Assembly (NCBI GenBank): GCA_016432285.1
Contig: CP066682.1
Location: 439,072 to 503,071 of the forward strand
DNA length: 64,000 nt
DNA from: Candidatus Kaiserbacteria bacterium
Lineage (GTDB): Bacteria; Patescibacteriota; Minisyncoccia; Phycocordibacterales; UBA2100
Direction of reading: 5' to 3'
Shown: one piece after another, positions 45,492 through 58,852 of the stretch
Layout of the letters: each line of letters opens with the position of its first letter
How positions within the stretch are numbered: the stretch's first letter is position 1
Made by a program: the position numbers and the translations under genes
Notes under the pieces: generated by a model
Told to the model about the DNA's origin: nothing
Seen by the model: only the letters and a program-made list of their open reading frames with translations
Database searches by the model: none

Positions 45492-46772
<1,281 letters not shown>

Positions 46773-46782
46773 CGCTCGAATT

Positions 46783-46861
46783 ACCCAGAGGACAGGTCTC
46801 TGGGTATGGAAGGGGGCCAAAAACCCAGAGACCTGTCCTCTGGGTATGGCGGGGGCCATTG
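46783..46861. repeat. two tandem hairpins in inverted orientation (ACCCAGAG-GACAGGTC-TCTGGGT-ATGGAAGGGGGCCA / ACCCAGAG-ACCTGTCC-TCTGGGT-ATGGCGGGGGCCA)
   Basis: Second unit is the reverse complement of the first plus a conserved ATGGnGGGGGCCA tail. Directly after the ahcY stop. Confidence 0.7.
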
Positions 46862-46916
46862 ACAGGGGGCGGAGTTTGTGCTAGCATTGCAAATGTGGGA
46901 GTGATCCCGCATTCCA

Positions 46917-47483
46917 ATGGCTTCTTTGCTCACAACGGCCTTTATGGGCCTTTTTGCTTTCTCGGGGGTGACACTGACACAAGCAACTTCGACTCCGGCC
47001 ATGGCGCCGGAGCCTCTGGCGCGACACACGGTGGCACTGACCGCATACAACGCGCTTCCGGAGCAGACGGATGAGGACCCCTTCACAACCGCGAGCGGCG
47101 CCTACTCAAACCCGGAGGTAATCGCTGCGCGCTCGGTGGATCTCGCGAGTGAGCTTCCGTTCGGTACCGTCATTGAGATCAGCACGGAGGGGAGCGAGAA
47201 CGGCAGCGCATGCGGCCTCTCGCTCATCGAAGATCAGGTCGGCTATCGCGTCGTCGCCGACTCCATGAATCCGCGGATCAAAGGTACTGTCGATCTTCTT
47301 TTGGATCATGACAACAGCGTACAGGTAGGAAAGAAGAAGGTGAACCCGGCGCGGGCCCTTGGCCGCTGCAAAAACATCGAGATCAAAGTGCTCGGCCGCA
47401 TCGACGTAAAAGAGATCCCGGCGACACAGGCGGAGCTGAAGCGAGTCGTCTCTGAAGGTACACTCGCTTTGAAGAAGTGGTAA
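46917..47483 (+). CDS. 3D-domain (MltA/RlpA-like) secreted protein
   Basis: Signal peptide. 3D-domain Asp triad region (TAYNALPEQTDEDPFTTASG...VAAR). Confidence 0.6.
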   Translation: MASLLTTAFMGLFAFSGVTLTQATSTPAMAPEPLARHTVALTAYNALPEQTDEDPFTTASGAYSNPEVIAARSVDLASELPFGTVIEISTEGSENGSACGLSLIEDQVGYRVVADSMNPRIKGTVDLLLDHDNSVQVGKKKVNPARALGRCKNIEIKVLGRIDVKEIPATQAELKRVVSEGTLALKKW

Positions 47484-47502
47484 CGGCACGTACAGTGGGG
47501 GA

Positions 47503-48378
47503 ATGACACCCGCCCACGTAGTTGAGTTTCCAACCCCCAAGGGATTTCTCTTGCGGGGTCTTTGGTATGGACCGAAGCGCGCGCGAAACGCAATCGTATT
47601 CGTGCACGGCCTTGGAGGCAGCGCGTTTTCGATTCGCCACGTGATCGAGAAGCTCGTCGATCGACGAACGGCCATCCTCGCGTTCAATAATAGAGGCCAC
47701 GATATGATCGCGCGAGTCTCCCGCATACGCGGAAAAAGCATCAAGGCGGGACTGGTCCATGAAGTGTTTGCCGATTGCGTCGACGATATTCAGGGCGCGA
47801 TCGATTTCGCACGCGGGAATCGCGCGAAGAATATTTTTCTCGCCGGACACTCGACCGGATGTCAAAAGTCGATCTACTGGGCCAGTAAGAAAAAGAGTCG
47901 CGGGGTGCGCGCGATTCTCTTGCTCGCTCCCGTCAGCGATTATGCCGACATGGTGCGGCGAGTGAAGAGGCCGCAGCTTCATGAAATGACTCGTACCGCA
48001 CGCTCACTTGTGCGAAGAGGAAAAAAGCGCGAGCTGCTTACGGAAGGAATCGTCAAACTGCCGTGGGGATCTTTCATGACGGACGCGCAGCGCTTTTTGA
48101 GTTTGTATACGCCGGACAGCAAAGAAACGATCTTTCCGTACGAACAACCTCGCAAGATCCCTCGCACGCTACGATCGGTGAAGATACCGATTCTCGCCGT
48201 GTGGGCTGAAAAGGATGAATATGCCGACCGCCCAGCTCGCAAGATCAAAGATTGGTTCCAAAAGAATATGCGGAAGGGCGCAACCGTCGTGATACCAGGC
48301 GTAAAGCACAACTTTAAGGGAGGGGAGCGGGCCGTATCGAAGGCCATCAGAAAACAGATGAAAGAAACGGCTCGGTAG
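47503..48378 (+). CDS. alpha/beta-hydrolase fold protein
   Basis: FVHGLGG oxyanion region. GHSTG nucleophile elbow. C-terminal His. Confidence 0.6.
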   Translation: MTPAHVVEFPTPKGFLLRGLWYGPKRARNAIVFVHGLGGSAFSIRHVIEKLVDRRTAILAFNNRGHDMIARVSRIRGKSIKAGLVHEVFADCVDDIQGAIDFARGNRAKNIFLAGHSTGCQKSIYWASKKKSRGVRAILLLAPVSDYADMVRRVKRPQLHEMTRTARSLVRRGKKRELLTEGIVKLPWGSFMTDAQRFLSLYTPDSKETIFPYEQPRKIPRTLRSVKIPILAVWAEKDEYADRPARKIKDWFQKNMRKGATVVIPGVKHNFKGGERAVSKAIRKQMKETAR

Positions 48379-48463
48379 GGCGTCTTAATGATGCCTGCCG
48401 AGCGCTGCTTGCGGCTTTTGGGCGCGGGTGTAGCGTGAAGGCATTATCTAACTGACATTTTCT

Positions 48464-49060
48464 ATGCAGCAAAATAACCAGGTATGGGTGGGCGGAATCG
48501 CGCTTGCGATCGTCGCCGTCTTGGGCTTGTGGTGGCTCGCCGCGAGCCAGGGCGTCAATCTCGCAGGTCTCAATCTTCCTCCGCGCATCGACACTGCAAC
48601 GACGCCGGGGAACGGCACCGGGAGCGGTGATAGCACCGTCAGCACGAGCAATAGGGCCGGAAGCGACGTGCTTTCGATCGTGCGCAGCATCGAAGGGGGC
48701 TCGGAGTTTTCGGCCCTCCTTTCATCGACAGGAGTTTCCTCGCAAATCCGCCGCACGGGGCAGTACACGATTTTCGTACCGACCAACAGTGCCCTCAACA
48801 CTTCCGGCATGACGGCCGCCGAAAAGAAGCGCCTCGCGCAGTATCACGTGGTCTCCGGGAGAGCGATCGATCCGGACGCTGTCTCGAGCGGAACGATCGA
48901 GACGCTTTCGCGCGACAGCGTCAACTTTACCGTCAATGACACCGACGGCACCGCGCGGATCAACAGCTCCTACATCATCCGTGCGTATCGGGGCACCAAT
49001 GGCGTGGTTTTCCTCGTGAGCGGGTACCTGATTCCGCCCGAGCCGAATCCTGCGTTTTAA
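48464..49060 (+). CDS. fasciclin (FAS1) domain secreted protein
   Basis: TM/signal. FAS1 motifs TIFVPTNSAL and VVFLVSGYLIP. Confidence 0.65.
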   Translation: MQQNNQVWVGGIALAIVAVLGLWWLAASQGVNLAGLNLPPRIDTATTPGNGTGSGDSTVSTSNRAGSDVLSIVRSIEGGSEFSALLSSTGVSSQIRRTGQYTIFVPTNSALNTSGMTAAEKKRLAQYHVVSGRAIDPDAVSSGTIETLSRDSVNFTVNDTDGTARINSSYIIRAYRGTNGVVFLVSGYLIPPEPNPAF

Positions 49061-49126
49061 ACTGACTCTCCGCGGCACACATGTGTGCTTCCGAGCGGAT
49101 GTGTTTGTTGGTATGATGCCGCCATC

Positions 49127-49912
49127 ATGCCAGAAGGAGCTGCGTATACAGAGGGGGCCGCAGAAGCGGCGCAGGAAGGCGGGATTCACGTGGCGATCGC
49201 CGCCGAAAAACTCGGTGATTTTTTCGGTATTCCCATCACTAACACGCTCGTGACGAGCTGGCTCGTCATCGGCATACTGGTCGCCCTCGCGTTCGTTCTC
49301 GGACCCCGGCTCAAGATGATTCCGGGTAGGCTCCAGACCCTCCTTGAGGAGCTCTTCGCGTACGTATACGACTACGTCGCCGAGACGCTTGAGAGCAGAG
49401 AGATGGCGCGCCGCTTCTTTCCGCTCCTCATGACGATCTTCCTCTTCGTCTTCGTCGGCAACATGATCCACTTCCTGCCCGGCATCGGCTCCATCACGTA
49501 CCTCCACGAACCGCTTTTGCGCGCGCCCTCGACCGATCTCACGGTGCCGCTCGTGCTCGCGCTCATCTCTTTCTTCGTGATCGAGATCAGCGGCATCGCG
49601 GCGATCGGCGTGTGGAAATACGGGAGTAAATTCGTGCAGAATCCCTTTCGCAATCCGCTCGGTTTTGCGATTGGCCTCATCGAACTGATCGGAGAGCTGG
49701 TGCGCGTGGTCTCGCTCTCGTTCCGGCTCTTTGGCAACATCCTCGCGGGCGAGGTGGTGATCGGCGTCGCGATCTTTTTCGCGCCCTACCTCGGGCCCGT
49801 GCCGCTGATGCTCTTTGAGATCTTCATCGGCACCTTGCAGGCCGCGATCTTCGCGCTGCTCACGCTCTTTTTCATCAAGCTCGCCATCGCCGAGCCGCAC
49901 GGCGAGCACTAG
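49127..49912 (+). CDS. atpB: F0F1 ATP synthase subunit a
   Basis: Conserved Arg region LSLSFRLFGNILAGE. 5 TM. TATGAT 9 nt upstream of the ATG at 49127. Confidence 0.85.
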   Translation: MPEGAAYTEGAAEAAQEGGIHVAIAAEKLGDFFGIPITNTLVTSWLVIGILVALAFVLGPRLKMIPGRLQTLLEELFAYVYDYVAETLESREMARRFFPLLMTIFLFVFVGNMIHFLPGIGSITYLHEPLLRAPSTDLTVPLVLALISFFVIEISGIAAIGVWKYGSKFVQNPFRNPLGFAIGLIELIGELVRVVSLSFRLFGNILAGEVVIGVAIFFAPYLGPVPLMLFEIFIGTLQAAIFALLTLFFIKLAIAEPHGEH

Positions 49913-49990
49913 TTATCCAGTTTGCCCTCGGGGGGAGAACGTATATAATTCGGCCATCATTTATCAAGTTTTGCGCAATACATCATTTAA

Positions 49991-50220
<230 letters not shown>

Positions 50221-50221
<1 letters not shown>

Positions 50222-50340
50222 TTCGCGCAATTCCGGCGTACTGCATCGTTGCGGTTCGCTCGACGCTGCTCATCGTATGTGGAATACGACTCGCAACCTC
50301 TCGCTCCCGCGCCTCGCATTACATCCGGAATTGCGCGAAC
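50221..50340 (+). repeat. 16-bp perfect inverted repeat (GTTCGCGCAATTCCGG / CCGGAATTGCGCGAAC) enclosing an 88-nt spacer with inner complementarity, between atpE and atpF
   Basis: Left arm starts at the last base of the atpE stop codon. Right arm ends 15 nt before atpF. Confidence 0.7.
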
Positions 50341-50355
50341 TTGTAGGATAGGGAT

Positions 50356-50802
50356 ATGTCAGAACTCTTCGCAGCATTTGGTATCAATTGGAAACTCCTG
50401 CTCACGCAGGCGCTCAATTTCGGCGTGCTGCTTGCCGCGCTCTGGTACTTCCTCTACCGGCCGGTGTTGAAGATGATCGACGATCGGCGCGCCAAAATCG
50501 CGGAGGGCGTGCAGAAGGCCGAAGCAGCGGAGCGCCAGCTTGCCGACGCGAAAGCCGAGGGCGATTCGCTCATCGGCTCCGCCTCGCGCGAAGCGGAGGG
50601 TCTCGTGGCGGCCGCCAGGACGCGAGCGGAAGGCAGGGCGGACGAGATAGTAAAGGGCGCGGAAGGGCAGGCGGCGAGCATCCTGAAGGACGCGGCTGCC
50701 CGCGCTGAAGAAGCGAAGCGCGCGGCGCTTCAAGAGAGCCAAAAGGAGATCGCGCGCGCTGCGATGCTCGCCGCCGAAAAGATTTTGCGCGAAAAAGCAT
50801 AA
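50356..50802 (+). CDS. atpF: F0F1 ATP synthase subunit b
   Basis: N-terminal TM, then a long A/E/K/R-rich helix. Confidence 0.8.
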   Translation: MSELFAAFGINWKLLLTQALNFGVLLAALWYFLYRPVLKMIDDRRAKIAEGVQKAEAAERQLADAKAEGDSLIGSASREAEGLVAAARTRAEGRADEIVKGAEGQAASILKDAAARAEEAKRAALQESQKEIARAAMLAAEKILREKA

Positions 50803-50804
50803 GT

Positions 50805-51197
50805 ATGGAAAACGAATACGCGCACGCACTTGCCGAGATGATCGAAAAGGGGATGAGTCCCGCGAAGGCCGTGGGTGAGCTTCACAAAACGCTCCTTGCG
50901 CACGGGCGCGAGGCGCTCTTGCCGCGCATTGGTCGCGCCTTTGCTCGCATCGCTGCCCGCAAGAGGCTAAAAAGCGAGCTGCGCCTTACGGTCGCCACAG
51001 AGGGCGATGCGCGGCAAGCCGAACGCGAAGCAAAGGCCACGCTCACGGATCTCGACGTCGATTCCGCTGATCTGGAGACTGTCGTCGATGGGAGCCTCAT
51101 CGGCGGGTGGCGCCTCGAAGGCCGGGAACGCCTCGTGGATGCGAGCTACAAAAAATATCTTCTCGACATTTATCACCGCGCCACGGGTGCTGTATAA
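50805..51197 (+). CDS. atpH: F0F1 ATP synthase subunit delta (short)
   Basis: Position between b and alpha. OSCP-like C-terminal LIGG...LVDASYK. Confidence 0.65.
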   Translation: MENEYAHALAEMIEKGMSPAKAVGELHKTLLAHGREALLPRIGRAFARIAARKRLKSELRLTVATEGDARQAEREAKATLTDLDVDSADLETVVDGSLIGGWRLEGRERLVDASYKKYLLDIYHRATGAV

Positions 51198-51211
51198 TCG
51201 CTTTTTCACGT

Positions 51212-52780
51212 ATGGACGCCGCAACAGTGCAAAAAATCGTTCGCGAAATCGAAAAGTTCGTGCCCGCAACGGAGAGTGAACATGTGGGCCGCGTGGTCTC
51301 GGTGGGCGATGGCGTCGTCGCGATCGACGGCCTCTCCAAAGCGGTGATGGGCGAAATCGTCCACTTCGAAGAAAATAAGGGGAAGAAACTCGCCGATGCG
51401 ATGAAAGACGGGGGCGCGATCCAGGGGCTCATTCTCAATCTTGAGGAAGACGGCGTTATGGCGGCAGTCCTCGGGGACACGGCGCGCGTGCAGGAAGGTA
51501 TGACCGTGAAATCGACCGGCAAGATTCTCGAAGTCGCTTCCGGCGATGAGCTCTTGGGGCGCGTGGTGAATGCGCTTGGTGAACCAATCGACGGCAAAGG
51601 CCCTTTCAAGAAGCCGACCATGATGCCCGTGGAGCGACAGGCTTCGGGTGTGATCGATCGACAATCTGTGAGCGTGCCGCTTCAGACTGGCATCAAGGCG
51701 ATCGACGCCATGATCCCGATTGGTCGCGGCCAACGCGAGCTGATCATTGGAGACCGAGGCACCGGCAAGACGACGGTCGCGATCGACACGATTTTGAACC
51801 AGAAGAACGAACCGAAAGAGCGGCGCCCGATCTGCATCTACGTGGCGATCGGCCAGAAGGAATCGAAGACCGCGCGCATCACGCAGCAGCTTCGCGAGGC
51901 CGGGGCCCTCGAGTATTCGATCATCGTCGATGCTCCCGCCTCTGCCCCGGCCGCTCTGCAATTTCTCGCGCCGTTCGCGGGCGTTGCCATCGGAGAATAT
52001 TTCATGGACGCGGGGCGCGACGTGCTGATCGTTTACGACGATCTCTCGAAGCAGGCCGTAGCCTACCGCCAGCTCTCGCTCCTTTTGCGCCGTCCGCCGG
52101 GCCGCGAAGCATACCCAGGCGACATTTTCTATCTCCACTCGCGCCTTCTTGAGCGATCGGCGCGCCTTTCTGAAGAAAAGGGTGGCGGCTCCATCACCGC
52201 GCTTCCCATCATCGAAACGCAGGAAGGCGACGTCTCCGGTTACATCCCGACCAACGTCATTTCGATCACCGACGGACAGATGTTTCTCATCACGGATCTT
52301 TTCAACAAAGGCATCCGGCCGGCGATCGACGTGGGTATCTCCGTCTCACGCGTGGGCTCTGCCGCGCAAACGAAAGCGATGAAAGCGGTTGCGGGCGGCA
52401 TCAAGCTGGAGCTCGCGCAGTTTCGAGAGCTGGAGGCCTTTATGCAGTTCGCGTCTGATCTCGATAAAGAAACGGCCGACCGCATCGAATCGGGCCGCCG
52501 CATGGTAGAGGTGCTGAAGCAGAAGAACGGCGCGCCGATTCCGCTCGAAAAGCAGGTGGCCGCCATCTACGCCGCCAACCAGAAGTTTTTTCTCGCGGTG
52601 CCCGTGGGGAAGGTAACGGCTGTGGAGCAGCTCTTCGTCGATTTTCTCGACGCGCAGCACAAGAAGACGCTCGACGAGATCAAGAAGAGCGCACAGCTTT
52701 CTGACGAATCGAAGAAGGATCTCAATAAGGCAATGGAAGAATTCCGTCTCGCGCACCCGGAGCACTTCGCCTCGAAATAG
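51212..52780 (+). CDS. atpA: F0F1 ATP synthase subunit alpha
   Basis: P-loop GDRGTGKT. 523 aa. TATAAT 15 nt upstream. ORF 51107 is an upstream extension. Confidence 0.9.
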   Translation: MDAATVQKIVREIEKFVPATESEHVGRVVSVGDGVVAIDGLSKAVMGEIVHFEENKGKKLADAMKDGGAIQGLILNLEEDGVMAAVLGDTARVQEGMTVKSTGKILEVASGDELLGRVVNALGEPIDGKGPFKKPTMMPVERQASGVIDRQSVSVPLQTGIKAIDAMIPIGRGQRELIIGDRGTGKTTVAIDTILNQKNEPKERRPICIYVAIGQKESKTARITQQLREAGALEYSIIVDAPASAPAALQFLAPFAGVAIGEYFMDAGRDVLIVYDDLSKQAVAYRQLSLLLRRPPGREAYPGDIFYLHSRLLERSARLSEEKGGGSITALPIIETQEGDVSGYIPTNVISITDGQMFLITDLFNKGIRPAIDVGISVSRVGSAAQTKAMKAVAGGIKLELAQFRELEAFMQFASDLDKETADRIESGRRMVEVLKQKNGAPIPLEKQVAAIYAANQKFFLAVPVGKVTAVEQLFVDFLDAQHKKTLDEIKKSAQLSDESKKDLNKAMEEFRLAHPEHFASK

Positions 52781-52781
52781 A

Positions 52782-52810
52782 AATATGGACATTCGATGTC
52801 CATATTTTCT
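52782..52810. repeat. 29-bp perfect palindrome GAAATATGGACATTCGATGTCCATATTTT (copy 2; copy 1 at 8468-8496)
   Basis: Exact match to 8468-8496. Here it is intergenic between atpA and atpG. Confidence 0.85.
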
Positions 52811-52822
52811 TCATACGTAGCT

Positions 52823-53740
52823 ATGGCCTCGCTCAAAGACATCAAGCTCAAGATCCTCTCGTACAAAAAGACGGGCACCGTTACGCACGCCATGGAGGCG
52901 GTGTCGGCCGTGAAGATGCGGAAGAGTCAGGAGCGTGCGCTCTCGGGCCGATCCTACGCCGCAGCAGCGCTCTCGGTTTTGGAGCGCATGAGCGGCACCG
53001 CAGATGTGGAGCGGCACGCTCTCGTGCAGGAGCAGGAGGGGAAGACCTGCTTCATCGTCGTAACGAGCGACAAAGGACTCGCGGGCTCTCTCAATAGCGC
53101 GGTCATCAAGCGCGTGGAGCAGGAAATTGGGAGGCTTAGCCTCCCAAAAAACGACGTCGCGATCATCGCGATGGGCCGGAAGGGCGGGGATTATTTTCTC
53201 GCGCGCGGGTACGAAGTGCGCCTGAAGCAGGAGAACGTCAGCGACGGTGTGTCCGAATCTGACGTACGGCGCATTACCGACACGCTGCGGGGTTGGCGCG
53301 ACGCGGGCGAGATCGGCCCCGTCTTTATCGCGTACACCAACTTTCTCTCCACCTTCGAGCAGGAGGCGGTCGCCCGCAGGATCGTGCCGATCACGAGCGA
53401 GACCATGCACGAGATGGTCGCCGGCATCAGGCCCGCGCGCGGCAAGTACGCGCCCGAGGTGGCCGAGCGGCACGAGAATCCGGCGGCGTACACGATCGAG
53501 CCGGACACCGACGTGGTGCTCGAAGCGCTTTTGCCGAAGCTGCTCAACATCGCCGTCTTTCACGGCGTCCTCGAATCGAAGGCGTCGGAACACTCCGCCC
53601 GCATGGTGGCCATGAAGAGCGCGACCGACAAGGCGAAGGAAATGGCACAGGATCTCACGCGCACCTTCAACAGAGTGCGCCAGGCCGCGATCACGCGCGA
53701 GGTCTCCGAAATCACCTCCGGTATCGAGGCGATGAAATAG
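52823..53740 (+). CDS. atpG: F0F1 ATP synthase subunit gamma
   Basis: MASLKDIKLKI N-terminus and conserved C-terminal helix ...ITREVSEI..G. Confidence 0.85.
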   Translation: MASLKDIKLKILSYKKTGTVTHAMEAVSAVKMRKSQERALSGRSYAAAALSVLERMSGTADVERHALVQEQEGKTCFIVVTSDKGLAGSLNSAVIKRVEQEIGRLSLPKNDVAIIAMGRKGGDYFLARGYEVRLKQENVSDGVSESDVRRITDTLRGWRDAGEIGPVFIAYTNFLSTFEQEAVARRIVPITSETMHEMVAGIRPARGKYAPEVAERHENPAAYTIEPDTDVVLEALLPKLLNIAVFHGVLESKASEHSARMVAMKSATDKAKEMAQDLTRTFNRVRQAAITREVSEITSGIEAMK

Positions 53741-53741
53741 C

Positions 53742-54086
53742 ATGAAAGAGGGGATCGACAAGAATTTCGACAAGCGGGCCGACCGCATCACGAAGATGGA
53801 TGACGACGCTAACATGAAAGGCGCGATCCTGAACGCCGTCCACCGTATCCCACCGGATTTCTATACCAAGCACAAATTCAAGGACAAGCACATCGATGAG
53901 TTCCACGAAAATCTCGAGGCGCGATTCCTTAAGGCCAGCCTCACGGTTCGTCCGCAAGAGCTTCGCGAGCTCTCGGTGGAGATCCTGCGCGACACCATGA
54001 AAGCGGCGGGCATCGAAGCCCCTGGCTTTCGAGACGAGTTCAGGGAGGCGCTCGAAGAAATGATGCGCGTCGAGCGGCATGCGTGA
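53742..54086 (+). CDS. hypothetical protein (114 aa) inside the atp operon
   Basis: Tightly coupled (1-nt gap after atpG, 8-nt overlap with the next gene). Confidence 0.5.
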   Translation: MKEGIDKNFDKRADRITKMDDDANMKGAILNAVHRIPPDFYTKHKFKDKHIDEFHENLEARFLKASLTVRPQELRELSVEILRDTMKAAGIEAPGFRDEFREALEEMMRVERHA

Positions 54087-54659
54087 GCTTTTGATCGCGA
54101 CGCGCAATCCCGGCAAGGTAGCCGAGATCAAGGCAGCGCTCCAGGGACTCCCGCTCACGTTTGTTTCACTTGAAGACACCGATGCGGGCGATGTGGAGGA
54201 AACGGGTGCCACGCTCGTTGAGAATGCAGTCCTGAAGGCGCGCGTCTACGGGGATTGGACCGGAAAGCTCGCGATTGCGGATGATTCCGGGCTGGAAGTC
54301 GATGCTTTGAACGGCGCGCCGGGTGTGGCGAGTGCGCGCTATGCAAAGAGCGATTCGGCGCGGATCGATAAGCTGCTCCGAGAGCTCGCAAGCGTCCCGG
54401 AGGCGCGACGCACGGCGAAGTTTCGCTCCGTGATCGCCATCCACGATCCGGCGATCGGAAAGACCGCGGTGGCGGAGGGAAGCGCCGAGGGGCATATTCT
54501 TTCGGCGCGAAGGGGGGAGCAGGGATTCGGGTACGATCCGATTTTTTTGTATGACGAGGCCCGGAAAAGCGGCGGGGAGATGAGCCGCGAGGAGAAAAAT
54601 GCGGTAAGCCATCGCGGCAAAGCGCTCGCGAAGGCACGTGAGCTGTTGAAACAATATAT

Positions 54660-54663
<4 letters not shown>
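54079..54663 (+). CDS. rdgB: non-canonical purine NTP pyrophosphatase (RdgB/HAM1 family)
   Basis: ATRNPGK, E..GATLVENA..KA, FGYDPIF motifs. Confidence 0.8.
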
Positions 54664-56452
<1,789 letters not shown>

Positions 56453-56463
56453 ACCGTGCACAT

Positions 56464-56715
56464 ATGGCCGAGAAAGAAACGTTGCATCTCGTGATCGCAA
56501 GCGTGGGTGAGACGCGCTTCGACGGGCGCGCCGCATCTGCCACGATTCCCACCACAGCAGGTGAGATCACGGTGCTGCCTCATCACGAGGCGATCGTCTC
56601 CACACTGAAGCCTGGCACGATCACTGTGCGGGAAACCTCAGGCGAACAAAAGACCTTCCCGATCGACGGCGGCGTCTTGGAGGTGTCCGGCAACCGCGCG
56701 GTTGTCCTCCTCTAA
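56464..56715 (+). CDS. atpC: F0F1 ATP synthase subunit epsilon (N-terminal beta-sandwich only, 83 aa)
   Basis: Position after beta. Beta-strand-rich. Lacks the C-terminal helical hairpin. Confidence 0.65.
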   Translation: MAEKETLHLVIASVGETRFDGRAASATIPTTAGEITVLPHHEAIVSTLKPGTITVRETSGEQKTFPIDGGVLEVSGNRAVVLL

Positions 56716-56856
56716 CTTTTTCGGACCCGTCCTTTTGCTACCTACACCCATCTCGCGCGGCCGCGCACGATAGGTGTATTCGGCCATCGTAGAACACGCC
56801 CGAAGTTTTCAACACTGGGCGGCGGGAGAGCGTCATAAGAGGCTACAATGGAGCCA

Positions 56857-58752
56857 ATGCCGAGCAAAGGCGCGTGGCTCTTGTTGTTCGCACTACTTGT
56901 GGGGTCGCTCCCCCAGGTTGTTGCTGCAAAAGTCGAGCCCATTTGCGCGGGCGGAAAAACGCAGCTTCCGCAGCAGGAAGCTCGCTCCATCCCCATGACG
57001 CCTCAGACACCGGCGCAGGTGAAGCAGTATCTGAAAGGTATTTCGTGCGCGAACGCCTGTTACGACGTGCAGGTAGTCTTTAGCGTGAGCGGGATGCGGC
57101 TCGGCGTGCAGTTGCAGACCATCAACAGGTGCGCCCCTGCTTCCATGAGCAATCCCACCGGGCTCGACCCCGCCTTGAGCGCGCCGCCGCGAGGTTGTGG
57201 AGCGGGGCAGCGCAAACCCGAAGGCACGGTCATCAAGCCCGACCGCACGAAAGAGGGACCAAAGAGCCGTTGCGACGGCAAACTGACGGACGGTCTTGAT
57301 GAGGCGGTCGACAAACTCTCCCAAAAGATGCTGAGCGGGCAGAGACTCACCGCCGATGATCTGAAAGACGCGTTTGCCACCGTCGCCGCGGCAGAGACGG
57401 TAACCTCGCCCATTTCCGGTGGTTTTAGTCAGGCGCTCTCGAGTGCGCTGCAAGACAAACTCAACATCTCGGCGTCGGAAGCCGATCGGATCGCCAATAC
57501 CAACGCCGATAAGGCAAGAGCGATGCTGAGCGCCTACGCCAACGGCGATGCCACTAAGCTGAAGGAGCTTTCCGAAAGCGAGGGTATCGCGCTCAACAAC
57601 GACGTGCTCACAAATTCCGAACGGTTGACCGCCGATCAGAAATCGGAAGCGCTGCAACAGTTGCGGGATATTGATGCAATCCAGCGCGATCAGACGACGG
57701 GATTTGGGGATGTACCCTCGAAGCCGACAGACATGGATCTGTGGAAATATGGCATCTGCAAAAAGGAAAGCAGTTGTGATAACCCGCGATCAAACCCTTA
57801 TCAGAAGATCGGGCCACGCATCACCGACCCGAGATCGAGATATTTCGGCGACCATGCTTATGGAAAGTACCAAATGATGGGTAAGAATCTTCCGGAATGG
57901 TCTCAGCAAGTGCTCGGGCGCAACGTGTCCATTTCTGAATTTATGGCGAACCCGGATTTACAGGAAAAGATATTTGAGGGAAAGTTTGGGCCCCTCGTGG
58001 AGAAATACGGCTCGGCTGTCAAAGCCGCCGTTGTGTGGTTCTCGGGCGAGGGCGGTCTCAGGAACCTCGGTCGTGCAGATCAGCTCGGTACGACGGCCGC
58101 GAGATATGCCGCAGACTTTGCGGCAGCAATTGGTGGTGGTGGCATTCCGGGCGGCTATCTCGCCAACCTGACGAAGCCCGGGCTCTCTGGTCTATTGGGC
58201 GGTGGATTTGGTGCAGGGCTTGGTGGCGGGCTCGGCGGGGAATCGGGATCGCCGTTCAATCTCGGGTCCCTTCTTTCCGGGCTCACCAAAGGATTCGGGG
58301 GCTCCGGTGGTTCGCGGCCACCAAGCGGCGGTGGAGGCTACGTGGGTGGAGGTGCTCCGGCACAAAGTGGGGGCGGCTACGTGGCGCCGAGCGGCGGGGC
58401 ACCCGTCTCGGGGCAGACCTATCCGGTAACGCCAGTTTCGCAACAAATCCAACCGGTCGTAACGACCCCGCAAATCAAACCGGTCGCCACCATCCTCGTG
58501 CAGCCGAAAGAGGTGCAACGAGGATCATCGATCACTGTCTCGTGGTCGAGCGTCGGCATGAATTCCAGCATTCCGTGTCAGGTGTTCCAGAAGACTCCGG
58601 ATGTAACGACCGTCATCGGCGTTGGCAACGAGGGCACGAAGCGAGTTACCACAAATACCGCAGACCCGCTCGGCACGTGGGAGTTTCGCGTGGAGTGCTC
58701 CGCGCTCGTCGGCGGCTCAATACAGCAAACTTCGAGCGTGACGGTCAAATAA
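56857..58752 (+). CDS. large secreted protein: Cys-rich N-region, lytic-transglycosylase/lysozyme-like central domain, Gly-rich linker, C-terminal beta (Ig-like) domain
   Basis: Signal peptide. ES...YGKYQMMG...SEFMANPDLQEKIF...AAVVWFSGEGG resembles the GH23 SLT motif order. ~120-aa G-rich low-complexity stretch. TACAAT overlaps the first in-frame ATG, so the start was set at the second ATG. Confidence 0.55.
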   Translation: MPSKGAWLLLFALLVGSLPQVVAAKVEPICAGGKTQLPQQEARSIPMTPQTPAQVKQYLKGISCANACYDVQVVFSVSGMRLGVQLQTINRCAPASMSNPTGLDPALSAPPRGCGAGQRKPEGTVIKPDRTKEGPKSRCDGKLTDGLDEAVDKLSQKMLSGQRLTADDLKDAFATVAAAETVTSPISGGFSQALSSALQDKLNISASEADRIANTNADKARAMLSAYANGDATKLKELSESEGIALNNDVLTNSERLTADQKSEALQQLRDIDAIQRDQTTGFGDVPSKPTDMDLWKYGICKKESSCDNPRSNPYQKIGPRITDPRSRYFGDHAYGKYQMMGKNLPEWSQQVLGRNVSISEFMANPDLQEKIFEGKFGPLVEKYGSAVKAAVVWFSGEGGLRNLGRADQLGTTAARYAADFAAAIGGGGIPGGYLANLTKPGLSGLLGGGFGAGLGGGLGGESGSPFNLGSLLSGLTKGFGGSGGSRPPSGGGGYVGGGAPAQSGGGYVAPSGGAPVSGQTYPVTPVSQQIQPVVTTPQIKPVATILVQPKEVQRGSSITVSWSSVGMNSSIPCQVFQKTPDVTTVIGVGNEGTKRVTTNTADPLGTWEFRVECSALVGGSIQQTSSVTVK

Positions 58753-58753
58753 A

Positions 58754-58852
58754 TGAGCCGCAAGTTTCAGCGCACCGTCGAAGATTTCGTTTGCGAGCAC
58801 CCCATTGGAAAGTGCTCCGCGTTTCCAACGGGGCAGGCTGCGTCCGTATGAG
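58754..58852 (+). pseudogene. degenerate N-terminal fragment duplicating the start of the downstream RNHCP gene
   Basis: MSRKFQRTVEDFVCEH... vs downstream MSFTRKIEDFICEHCGQ. Loses the zinc-ribbon Cys and terminates after 32 codons. Confidence 0.4.
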
